Virus record (IMG/VR): IMGVR_UViG_3300032282_003382
Span: 1-55,674 of that record
DNA length: 55,674 nucleotides
Origin: a virus
Taxonomy: Duplodnaviria; Caudoviricetes
Direction: 5' to 3' (one strand)
The notes beneath the pieces were generated by a model. The model saw only the letters and a list, made by a program, of their open reading frames with translations, was not told the origin of the DNA and did not search any database. Below, in pieces: positions 19,818 to 28,387 of the stretch; the stretch's first letter is position 1; each line of letters starts with the position of its first letter. A program made the position numbers and the translations under genes.

Positions 19818-20693
19818 ATGAGTTATTATGATACTTTGGGTGTAAGTAAAACGGCGTCTCAGGATGAGATTAAGAAGGCCTATCGTAAATTAGCCAGCAA
19901 ACATCACCCTGACAAGGGCGGCGATACTAAAACATTTCAGGAAATTCAAACTGCTTACGATGTATTAGCTGACCCTAACAGACGAGCTGAGTATGATGCT
20001 GGCCCTAGACAATTCTCACAATTTAGTGGGCGTAGTCAAAGTAACCCATTTGAAGGCATGGGCCCAGATCCTTTTGGTTTTGGGTTTAATCATAATGGCG
20101 GTGATTTTCATATAGACATCAATGAAATTTTTGGCCGTATGGGTGGACGTCAACAACCACAGCGTAACTCAGACATCAGAGTAGCCGTAGAAATACCATT
20201 ATCAAGCACTCTAGCCGAACAAAAGAAAACCATACAATACAAAACCAGCAAGGGTACTAGCCATACTGTTGAAATTGTTATACCTGCTGGTATACAACAG
20301 ATGTACAGAGTCAGATATTCAGGTTATGGTGATGATACTTATCCCCATGTCAGACCTGGAGATCTTTTGGTTGAAGCTCATATAGGGTTGCCAGAAGGAT
20401 ACACTATAAACAATAATAAATTATACAAAAAGGTATTACTACCTTTGACTGATGCTTTAACTGGTGCTAAAATAGATATTGAGAATTTTGATGGAAAAAC
20501 TCTGGAGGTTAGATTACCGCCAGGATTGCAAGACCAGAGTAAAATATGCCTGCGTGGGCAAGGATTAATGGCGCATCGTGGCCAAAGAGAAGATTTATAT
20601 CTGGATGTTAAAATTGAAATACCTAAATTAGATACAGATCAAACCATAGCTGAATTTTGTCAGGTATTAGAATCCCGCAAGTCAGGCCAATAA
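19818..20693 (+). CDS. dnaJ: DnaJ-class co-chaperone (type II, no Zn finger)
   Basis: YYDTLGV...[20 protein letters not shown]-rich region, C-terminal domain with PGDL. Confidence 0.93.
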   Translation: MSYYDTLGVSKTASQDEIKKAYRKLASKHHPDKGGDTKTFQEIQTAYDVLADPNRRAEYDAGPRQFSQFSGRSQSNPFEGMGPDPFGFGFNHNGGDFHIDINEIFGRMGGRQQPQRNSDIRVAVEIPLSSTLAEQKKTIQYKTSKGTSHTVEIVIPAGIQQMYRVRYSGYGDDTYPHVRPGDLLVEAHIGLPEGYTINNNKLYKKVLLPLTDALTGAKIDIENFDGKTLEVRLPPGLQDQSKICLRGQGLMAHRGQREDLYLDVKIEIPKLDTDQTIAEFCQVLESRKSGQ

Positions 20694-20718
20694 ATATTTT
20701 TATAACTAAGGAAACACC

Positions 20719-22977
20719 ATGATCCAATATAACGCTGACATGGAAGCGGTGATTAGCCACGCTGTAGAGTTAGCAGTTAAGTATGAACATGAATATGTAA
20801 TGCTAGAGCATGTATTACTGAGTCTAATAAATCAAAAGAACTTCAGAGTATTACTCATAGATTTTGGTACAGATGTTGAAGGATTGGAAAAGGATCTAGC
20901 AGAATATCTGCTTACTATCCCCAAACATCATCACAAAAAAACATATCAGCCCAAGCGTACTAACAGCCTTGAGAGAATTTTTAACAGGGCATTGACGCAG
21001 GTTTTGTTTAGCGGCCGCAATCATGTATTGCCCATAGACTTGTTCCTGAGCATTAGCATGGAAGAAAAGAGTCATGCTAGTTACTTTATTCAGAAATACA
21101 ACATTGACAAGAAAGAGTTAGTACAATTCTTTAACGAAAACTATTCACAAGTCGCCAGCAACATGAGCGACAATAAGGCCGATTTAATCCTAGATGAGCA
21201 TTGTACTAACCTTAATGAAATGGCCAAGGCAGAGAAAATTGATCCTGTTATTGGGCGTGATAGTGAGCTCATGGAGATTATACAAGTACTAGCCCGTAAA
21301 CAAAAATCCAATGTATTGTTGGTTGGTGATCCTGGTGTAGGTAAGACAGCTATTGTAGAAGGACTTGCACTTAACATTGTGGAAGGTAATGTTCCGCCCC
21401 ACTTAAAAGATCATATTGTATATAACCTAGATGTGGGTAGTATGCTTGCTGGGTCAAAATATCGCGGGGACTTTGAAGAAAAACTTAAAGACACTATCAA
21501 AGCTCTACAAGCTAAAGGAAATTGTATTCTATTCATAGACGAAGCACATCAGATGCATGGTGCTGGCGCTGGCGGTGGGGGTGGTGTAGACTTAGCTAAT
21601 ATGCTTAAACCAGCTTTAGCCAAAGGCGGATTAAAAGTAGTAGCTAGTACAACCTGGGAAGAATATACACAGAGCTTTGAAAAGGATCGCGCACTGATGC
21701 GCCGCTTTTATCGCTTAACTGTGGACGAGCCTACTCCAGATGTTACTAAACAGATCTTGACTAGACTTAAGCCAATTTATGAACAATTCCATGGTGGTAA
21801 GATTCATCTTAAAGCTATCAATGCTGCTGTGGATTATAGTGTAAGGTACATAACTGATAAGAAGTTACCAGACAAGGCCATTGATCTTATTGACATGGCC
21901 TGTGCCAAGGCTAAAATTATTGATCCAAACTTTGTGATTAAGCGTCAGAATATTCTGGAAGTAGTTAGTAAGGCTGCTAAAATTCCATTGGAAAACCTTA
22001 CTAATGAGTCAGAGGCTATTACTGTTAACTTAGAAGATAACATTAAACAAAAACTATATGGCCAGGATGAAGCAATTACACAGGTACTGGAAAAGATTTA
22101 TATTGCCAAGGCTGGCCTTAAGACTATTAATAAACCCATAGGTAACTTTTTATTCCTGGGACCAACAGGAGTAGGTAAAACAGAGCTAGCCAAATTATTG
22201 TCTGAAAACCTGCAGATGAAACTTATTCGTTACGATATGTCAGAGTATCAGGAACGCCATGCCATAGCAAAGCTCATTGGTGCGCCACCAGGATATGTAG
22301 GCTATGAAGATGGTAACCTGGGCGGTGGACTATTGGTATCAGACATTGAAAAGAATCCGCATAGTATAATATTGTTTGACGAAATTGAAAAAGCACATCC
22401 TGATGTTAGTAATGTACTACTTCAGCTCATGGACGAAGGTACAGTTACTAGTTCAAACGGCAAAAAAGTAAGTGCTCGTAATACCATAATAATCCTAACC
22501 AGTAATTTAGGTGCTACCGAGTCTGAAAAGAATACCATAGGATTTGGTGACCTTACTCGCAAGGGTGAGGATGACAAAGCTGTTAAGGAGTTCTTTAAGC
22601 CTGAATTCCGTAACCGGTTGGATGGGGTAGTTAAGTTCAAGAGTCTGGATATGCAGTATGTAAAACGCATTGTGAACAAATTTATTTCTGAGCTTAATGA
22701 AATGCTGTCACAGAAAAACATCAAACTTCGTTGTTCAGAAAAATGTATTGATGCGTTAGCAACCAAGGGCTATGATAAGAAAATGGGGGCTAGGCCGCTT
22801 GCTCGTACCATAGATTCAGAGATCAAAGTACCATTAAGTAAAAAGATCTTGTTTGAGAAAATTCCAGGCAACAGTATTATTGAAGTTGACTATACTGACA
22901 AGTTCCTGTTTAATGTAATACTTTCTACAACTGAAAGGGAAATCCTAAGTGGATCAGAAATTTTGGAACAAACTTAA
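20719..22977 (+). CDS. clpA: ClpA-type Hsp100 AAA+ unfoldase
   Basis: Clp N domain, GDPGVGKT, GPTGVGKT, PPGYVG, IGF loop, GARP; no ClpB M-domain. Confidence 0.93.
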   Translation: MIQYNADMEAVISHAVELAVKYEHEYVMLEHVLLSLINQKNFRVLLIDFGTDVEGLEKDLAEYLLTIPKHHHKKTYQPKRTNSLERIFNRALTQVLFSGRNHVLPIDLFLSISMEEKSHASYFIQKYNIDKKELVQFFNENYSQVASNMSDNKADLILDEHCTNLNEMAKAEKIDPVIGRDSELMEIIQVLARKQKSNVLLVGDPGVGKTAIVEGLALNIVEGNVPPHLKDHIVYNLDVGSMLAGSKYRGDFEEKLKDTIKALQAKGNCILFIDEAHQMHGAGAGGGGGVDLANMLKPALAKGGLKVVASTTWEEYTQSFEKDRALMRRFYRLTVDEPTPDVTKQILTRLKPIYEQFHGGKIHLKAINAAVDYSVRYITDKKLPDKAIDLIDMACAKAKIIDPNFVIKRQNILEVVSKAAKIPLENLTNESEAITVNLEDNIKQKLYGQDEAITQVLEKIYIAKAGLKTINKPIGNFLFLGPTGVGKTELAKLLSENLQMKLIRYDMSEYQERHAIAKLIGAPPGYVGYEDGNLGGGLLVSDIEKNPHSIILFDEIEKAHPDVSNVLLQLMDEGTVTSSNGKKVSARNTIIILTSNLGATESEKNTIGFGDLTRKGEDDKAVKEFFKPEFRNRLDGVVKFKSLDMQYVKRIVNKFISELNEMLSQKNIKLRCSEKCIDALATKGYDKKMGARPLARTIDSEIKVPLSKKILFEKIPGNSIIEVDYTDKFLFNVILSTTEREILSGSEILEQT

Positions 22978-23653
22978 AATAGTAAAGTTTGGAAAGACTA
23001 ACAAGATTTCGTTTGGACAATATGCCTATAAATTAAAGTTACGGGCTCATGGTGCATCTGCTCTTAAAGATAAAGAGTATTGTAATAACTTAGAAAAAAT
23101 TACAACTTATCTGGAAAAAAGGCAGTCCTATGGTAGTTGGTCGTCTAGCAGATTTTTAACAGCTGAAGAGATGTTGTCGCTCCATAAAATTTATGCAGAA
23201 ATGATGGAGCAGGACAAAATAACAATGCGTGTAGAAGAGCCGTTTGCAACATTTTATTTTGAAACAGAAGATGATGCCAAGTATTTTGCTACAAAAATGC
23301 CCAAAACTATGTGCATTGAACTATTTCAGTATCCTGAATCTGAAACCGAATTAGAAGCACTCAGAGCCAATAAAATAATTAAAAAACGTCCTATTATGGG
23401 TTATGCTTATTGTGTAACATTTAAACCAGGCACTTATGAAGAGTCTGATAAAGCAGCCATAAAAAATCTAATTGAAAACTTAGATGCAAAAGCTAGCAAT
23501 GGTTTTATAGATCGTCTTAATGATAAAAACCATAAGTTTTGGAGTTCTTACAAAATTTATATCAGAACAGAAGCTGATTATACCTGGATGGCCATGGCCG
23601 TTAATTCAAAACTATTAGGAAAAATAAATCAACTACACTTCACCAATAAATAA
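22949..23653 (+). CDS. Hypothetical protein
   Basis: 234-aa ORF, GTG start overlapping clpA. Confidence 0.65.
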   Translation: MDQKFWNKLKIVKFGKTNKISFGQYAYKLKLRAHGASALKDKEYCNNLEKITTYLEKRQSYGSWSSSRFLTAEEMLSLHKIYAEMMEQDKITMRVEEPFATFYFETEDDAKYFATKMPKTMCIELFQYPESETELEALRANKIIKKRPIMGYAYCVTFKPGTYEESDKAAIKNLIENLDAKASNGFIDRLNDKNHKFWSSYKIYIRTEADYTWMAMAVNSKLLGKINQLHFTNK

Positions 23654-23669
23654 TTTAAAGGAACTTATT

Positions 23670-23837
23670 ATGGCCCAAATTGTGCAAAAAACTCTAACCA
23701 TTAGTTTAAGTAAACTGGTTAAAACCTCAGATGCAGATAATGATATTGATACATCTAGTCTAAATGAAAATCTAGAAGTTCTAGTAGCTGAACTTATTAA
23801 TGACCCCTCTATTATTGTTGAAGTGACACATGACTGA
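23670..23837 (+). CDS. Small hypothetical protein (55 aa, not in ORF track)
   Basis: AAGGA SD; MAQIVQKTLTISLSKLVK...IIVEVTHD; overlaps next start. Confidence 0.75.
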   Translation: MAQIVQKTLTISLSKLVKTSDADNDIDTSSLNENLEVLVAELINDPSIIVEVTHD

Positions 23838-24639
23838 TAAACTTACGTTTGAAAATACATTTAAGAAAAAAACAACGACCCCAAAGGTTGTAGCACCAAC
23901 AGTAGTACCACAGTCCACAAAGTCAGTATTAAAACCACATGTTTACTTTGCATTACCCTGTTATGGTGGTCTAATTTATGAGAGCTGCTTTATGAGTCTG
24001 CTTAGATTTACTACTTTAGCAGCTCGTGCTGGTCTGGAATGGACAGTTGACACCATGGTGAACGAGAGTTTAATTCCCCGTGGCCGTAATAACCTTGTAG
24101 CAAAGTTTTTAAGCAATCCAGGTGCTACACATCTGATGTTCATTGATGCTGATATTCGTTGGCAACCCGAATACATCTTTAAAATGCTAGAAGCTAACAA
24201 AGAAGTGGTTTGTGGATTATACCCCATGAAATGTGTACCACCTAAGTTTGTTATTAATGCCATTCCTAATAGCGTTAAAGAGGGTCAACTAGAAGAAGTA
24301 AGTACTGCTGGTACAGGGTTTATGATGATTAAACGTGAATGTATTGAAGAAATGGTCAGAGCTTATCCTGAAACCAAATACAATGACAACATTGGTGTAG
24401 GTAAAGAGTTTGAACCCAATATGTATGCTTTGTTTGATTGCAGCATTGACTCTGATAAGAACTACTTGTCTGAAGACTGGACCTTCTGTTATCGTTGGCG
24501 TAAACTAGGTAAAAAGGTTTGGGTACACAAGGATCTAATATTGGACCATCAGGGCACTTACACATTCAGAGGTGCTGAAGCTGCTGAGTATCATAATAAG
24601 TTAGCAGCAGAAGCTGAAGCAGCACAAAGGAAAGCATAA
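23830..24639 (+). CDS. GT-A fold (family 2-like) glycosyltransferase
   Basis: ESLIPRGRN, HLMFIDADI (DxD), GTGFMMIKR, YLSEDWTFC, LDHQG. Confidence 0.8.
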   Translation: MTDKLTFENTFKKKTTTPKVVAPTVVPQSTKSVLKPHVYFALPCYGGLIYESCFMSLLRFTTLAARAGLEWTVDTMVNESLIPRGRNNLVAKFLSNPGATHLMFIDADIRWQPEYIFKMLEANKEVVCGLYPMKCVPPKFVINAIPNSVKEGQLEEVSTAGTGFMMIKRECIEEMVRAYPETKYNDNIGVGKEFEPNMYALFDCSIDSDKNYLSEDWTFCYRWRKLGKKVWVHKDLILDHQGTYTFRGAEAAEYHNKLAAEAEAAQRKA

Positions 24640-25112
24640 TGGACTACACTGAGAAAATAACTTTAGATATTTTTTTAAGATCACGTAGTTTAAAATCAAA
24701 AAACAAAAATCCCAGAATAGGTATAAGTATAAATTCTGAAAAATTAGATGAATTTGATGCTGTACCTGATGAGGTTGGGATTACAAAAGTTTCCTATAGT
24801 ATTGAAGTCCCTGAAGGTGAAAATATATTAGCAATTTCTTTATTGAATAAAGAAAGCGATAAAGATACAGTAGTTTCAGATACTGGTGAAATATTAGATG
24901 ATTTAAACTGTGAAATTTTAGGAGTTACTATAGAAGGTGTAGAGCTAGATAATTTAGTTCGAGCTCATGGAACCTATTATTTAAATGAGCCAGTGTTTTA
25001 TAACAACGAAGAAAATTCAGTATTACCAGGTCATACTTTTCTTAGCTGGAATGGGACTTTTAAGTTCCGTTTCAGCAGTCCCTTGTACATCTGGCTTTTA
25101 GAAAACGTATAA
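24639..25112 (+). CDS. Hypothetical protein
   Basis: 157 aa; WNG...FSSPLYIWLLE C-terminus. Confidence 0.7.
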   Translation: MDYTEKITLDIFLRSRSLKSKNKNPRIGISINSEKLDEFDAVPDEVGITKVSYSIEVPEGENILAISLLNKESDKDTVVSDTGEILDDLNCEILGVTIEGVELDNLVRAHGTYYLNEPVFYNNEENSVLPGHTFLSWNGTFKFRFSSPLYIWLLENV

Positions 25113-25143
25113 TTCTGCTAAATATCCTTAAGAGGGATATAAC

Positions 25144-25359
25144 ATGTTCATATCAGATTTTCTAAGCGAAGACAAGCCTAAGATTCGTAAAGTTACCAAA
25201 ACCAGAGCTGACGATAGTGTAGAAACAACCTATGAAGTTCTAAACTCCAAGGGTGTTACAGTTAAGACTGGTATGAGCAAGGAAACAGCCGCTGACTACC
25301 TCAAGCATCATTATCCTGATCTAGTAGCTGAAACATATCGCAAAAAATTCTCAGCTTAA
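25144..25359 (+). CDS. Hypothetical protein, putative internal head protein
   Basis: N-terminus MFISDFLSE; late-promoter-like motif upstream. Confidence 0.6.
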   Translation: MFISDFLSEDKPKIRKVTKTRADDSVETTYEVLNSKGVTVKTGMSKETAADYLKHHYPDLVAETYRKKFSA

Positions 25360-25360
25360 C

Positions 25361-25639
25361 ATGGACATAGATTTACTCAGGTTTGATTTATACTGCACTA
25401 ACATTAGCAATACCCCACAGTATAGAATCTATATTGACGAAGATTTTCTAGTAGAACGCAACTACATCTGGAATAATGCAGAATGTTTTGTCAGAGAAAA
25501 CTGTGAGCTTAGATTAGAGCCCGGTCTGCACAAAATAAGCATTTTAGCAGATAACCCAGAGATTTTCGTAATAAAAAATGCCCTATTCAATTCAGAGCCA
25601 TTAGAAGTAAACACAGACGGTTCTTTTACGAAGCCATAA
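25361..25639 (+). CDS. Hypothetical protein
   Basis: 92 aa; PQYRIYIDEDFLVERNYIW. Confidence 0.65.
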   Translation: MDIDLLRFDLYCTNISNTPQYRIYIDEDFLVERNYIWNNAECFVRENCELRLEPGLHKISILADNPEIFVIKNALFNSEPLEVNTDGSFTKP

Positions 25640-25665
25640 ATACCAGATATAGTTACGAGGATATT

Positions 25666-26058
25666 ATGAAACTAAACGAATTTCACATTGAAAACGATGC
25701 AGCCATAGGCATGAAGGCCGAACAAATGCATGCCGATCATGAAGTACAAATGGCCCGTGCAGACTGTTACAAAGCTGCAAAAGCAGCCATTGATTTGCAC
25801 ACACTACTTAAGACTGTTCCTGATAGTGCTAACCTAGAAGGTTGGGTACAAGCAAAGATTACTAAAGCTGCTGACTATTTGGATAGCGTTAGAAACTATT
25901 TAGAATATGAAAAAATGTCTGGTAACGATTTCACTGTTGCTGAAGATGGTGGCACTAGTGCAGGTGGTATTGCATCAAGCATGGGTGGTGGCAATGGTTT
26001 CTTAAATGGCGGTCCAGGTTCTCCTGTTATTCGCCGCACAAAGAAAAAAGAAAAGTAA
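25666..26058 (+). CDS. Hypothetical protein, putative internal head protein
   Basis: GAGG SD; MKLNEFHIE; LEGWVQAKITKAADYL. Confidence 0.7.
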   Translation: MKLNEFHIENDAAIGMKAEQMHADHEVQMARADCYKAAKAAIDLHTLLKTVPDSANLEGWVQAKITKAADYLDSVRNYLEYEKMSGNDFTVAEDGGTSAGGIASSMGGGNGFLNGGPGSPVIRRTKKKEK

Positions 26059-26059
26059 T

Positions 26060-26521
26060 ATGAAGTCTAGCGAGTTCATAACAGAGTCAATTATTGAAGA
26101 TACTATACAGGCTGGTGATGATTTTGGTATTGAATTAGAAGATGGAACCTTAATTGATACCTATGTTTTAGAATCTATTAATGGTAGTATCATACTTGCC
26201 GCAACATCAGAAATTGTTGAGGCATTAAGCACAGCATATACTTTAACTGAAGCTGAGTATCAGGGACATAAGGTTCCCTTAGGCAAGCCCATGAGAGGTG
26301 ATGTTAAAAAGTTCAAGGTGTATGTAAAGGATCCCAAGACTGGTAATGTTAAAAAGGTAAACTTTGGTCACGGTGGTACTAGTGCCAAGAAAGCTGGTCA
26401 GAAGACCATGCGTATTAAAAAGTCTAATCCAAAGAGACGCAAAAGTTTTAGAGCAAGACACCATTGCGAGAATCCAGGTCCTCGTACTAAAGCAAGATAT
26501 TGGTCTTGCAGAGCCTGGTAA
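26060..26521 (+). CDS. Putative head protein with basic C-terminal domain
   Basis: MKSSEFITE; KKVNFG...RRKSFRARHHC...ARYWSC; start moved to ATG 26060. Confidence 0.7.
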   Translation: MKSSEFITESIIEDTIQAGDDFGIELEDGTLIDTYVLESINGSIILAATSEIVEALSTAYTLTEAEYQGHKVPLGKPMRGDVKKFKVYVKDPKTGNVKKVNFGHGGTSAKKAGQKTMRIKKSNPKRRKSFRARHHCENPGPRTKARYWSCRAW

Positions 26522-26532
26522 AAGGAAAACAA

Positions 26533-27465
26533 ATGTTTGATATTAAAAAATTCTTAGAAGCAGAAGCTAGACTTAATTCACCATATAAGCCAGCTCGTGC
26601 TGAACACAGACCAGATACTGCCATGGGTACCGACAAGGCACCATTTAAAGGTAAGTTAGTAGGCAGCGATGAGAGTGTTGACCCAACACTAACTAATCAA
26701 TTAGAATCAGAGTGGGGTAAGTTTAAAGAAGAAAATATTTCACCTGTTAAACCAGGACAACCAACAACACCACCAAGTCCAGAAGAAAAAGCAGCAGCAG
26801 CCAAAGCAGCTATGGTTGCTAAGACAACTTTACAACCAGCTGGTATTGACCCACTTAAGTTATCCAAAGGTGATAAACCAACTCAGAATAAATTAGCCAG
26901 CATCATTAATACTATTGCTAGCGACCCACAAACAGCCTCTAAACTTAATCCATTACTAAAGAGCGCAGTAACTGAAACTGATAATCCTTCTGACAAAGTA
27001 TCATTAGATATTCCACTCCTAATTCGTTTACTTGAGTATGCTCGTGAAGATGCTAAAACAGACATGGACTTACATGATTTAACAGAGAAACTAATTGCTC
27101 AGGGTTCGGAGCCTGGTAAGACATTAACCATGGCTGACTATGAAGACTTAGTACCTGGTACAGATGTAGTAACCATGGCTGAAGGTAAAATTAGAAACTT
27201 TGACATGGATACTGAAGAAGCTGCTGATGTTGCTGCAAAAATTAATGAGCATCTGGATCATATGCAACAGGATCTTAGTGAGATAGAACAAATTGTAAAA
27301 CACCATGTACCTAGTGTGTATCGTAACATGGAGGCTTATACCTTTGCACATATCAAGACATCATTTGGCGGCTATGGTTACATTGATCGTTTTAATACTA
27401 GCATTTCTGATTTAGTTGAAGAACTCAATGAATATGCCCAGGGTGATGACGAAGATACAATGTAA
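26533..27465 (+). CDS. Hypothetical modular protein, putative internal head protein
   Basis: AAGGA SD; modules PFKGKLVG, DIPLLIRLLEYAREDA and an acidic C-terminal module. Confidence 0.7.
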   Translation: MFDIKKFLEAEARLNSPYKPARAEHRPDTAMGTDKAPFKGKLVGSDESVDPTLTNQLESEWGKFKEENISPVKPGQPTTPPSPEEKAAAAKAAMVAKTTLQPAGIDPLKLSKGDKPTQNKLASIINTIASDPQTASKLNPLLKSAVTETDNPSDKVSLDIPLLIRLLEYAREDAKTDMDLHDLTEKLIAQGSEPGKTLTMADYEDLVPGTDVVTMAEGKIRNFDMDTEEAADVAAKINEHLDHMQQDLSEIEQIVKHHVPSVYRNMEAYTFAHIKTSFGGYGYIDRFNTSISDLVEELNEYAQGDDEDTM

Positions 27466-27512
27466 TACAGGTGTATGCTTGTAAGACTTACAGGTAATAA
27501 ATTAAATCCAAC

Positions 27513-27538
27513 GGGGTATTGGTCAGAGCCAATACCCC
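27513..27538. other. Perfect 10-bp intergenic hairpin
   Basis: GGGGTATTGG-tcagag-CCAATACCCC; no U-tract on either strand. Confidence 0.7.
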
Positions 27539-27559
27539 AATCTTATAGACCTTAAGTTA

Positions 27560-28069
27560 ATGACAAACTTTGAAATTTACCGTAAAGAAGTATATGAACT
27601 AGTTATAGAAACAGAACATCGTTTACATTTAAACATCAGCACTACCCTTGAAGCCTATGTAGTAAATCTCGTAGCCCATTATTTTGATAAACCTGATTTA
27701 GATTATACAGAACCTGTGGCTATAACCTATATGACCATGAAACAACAACATACTGCCAACATGGCTAAATTGCAAAAACTGGCTGATGTTTGTTTATTAG
27801 TAAGTGGAGTATGTCCATTTAATGCTAGTCGTTATGGGGTAGACCCAAAGTATTATACAGACATAGGCCGTACCTGTTATTATGAGGCTAGTCAATGCCC
27901 TAAACCACCAGATCAGTTATTAGCTGAACTGTCACAATACTTTCCTAAACTCCGAGACATCATAAGTGCTAGTCTGGATCAGACCACTAAGAGTCTTAGG
28001 CAAAAACGCAAGCTCACTGAAGCTGGTAGTGAATTATATGGTAACCTTGGTCCAATAATAATTACTTGA
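27560..28069 (+). CDS. Hypothetical protein
   Basis: 169 aa helical ORF; LADVCLLVSG, YYTDIGR. Confidence 0.7.
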   Translation: MTNFEIYRKEVYELVIETEHRLHLNISTTLEAYVVNLVAHYFDKPDLDYTEPVAITYMTMKQQHTANMAKLQKLADVCLLVSGVCPFNASRYGVDPKYYTDIGRTCYYEASQCPKPPDQLLAELSQYFPKLRDIISASLDQTTKSLRQKRKLTEAGSELYGNLGPIIIT

Positions 28070-28073
28070 TGTA

Positions 28074-28102
28074 TTGTATTTTAGTTTTGTATCTGTTACA
28101 AT
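28074..28102 (+). promoter_or_regulatory. Sigma70-type promoter
   Basis: TTGTAT-17 nt-TACAAT with extended -10 TG. Confidence 0.6.
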
Positions 28103-28126
28103 GCATGTCTACTTTAAGGAGAATGT

Positions 28127-28387
28127 ATGAGTAGCAAAATGTTTAATGCAGAACAAAAGGCCAAGCTGAACCAACTAGTAAACGAAGGTATCGGCATCCT
28201 GACCGAAATTGAAGATCTAACTGGTGGACTAAATGACACCATCAAAGCTGTGGCTGAAGAAATGGAAATTAAACCAGCCACACTCAAGAAGGCTATTAAA
28301 ATTGCCCAGAAGTCTAAACTGGGTGAAACTAATGCCGAGCACGACGAACTTGTAACTATTTTGGAAACTGTAGGACGCACTCTTTAA
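28127..28387 (+). CDS. Small dsDNA-binding protein (T4 DsbA/GapR-like)
   Basis: AAGGAG SD; LNDTIKAVAEEMEIKPATLKKAIKIA helical pattern. Confidence 0.6.
   Translation: MSSKMFNAEQKAKLNQLVNEGIGILTEIEDLTGGLNDTIKAVAEEMEIKPATLKKAIKIAQKSKLGETNAEHDELVTILETVGRTL

Noticed and set aside
26006-26059. Upstream start extensions in the ORF track (also 26500, 44248, 47127, 47375, 47712, 53126, 53810)
   Set aside because: Long overlaps with upstream genes; downstream starts have better SD or coupling
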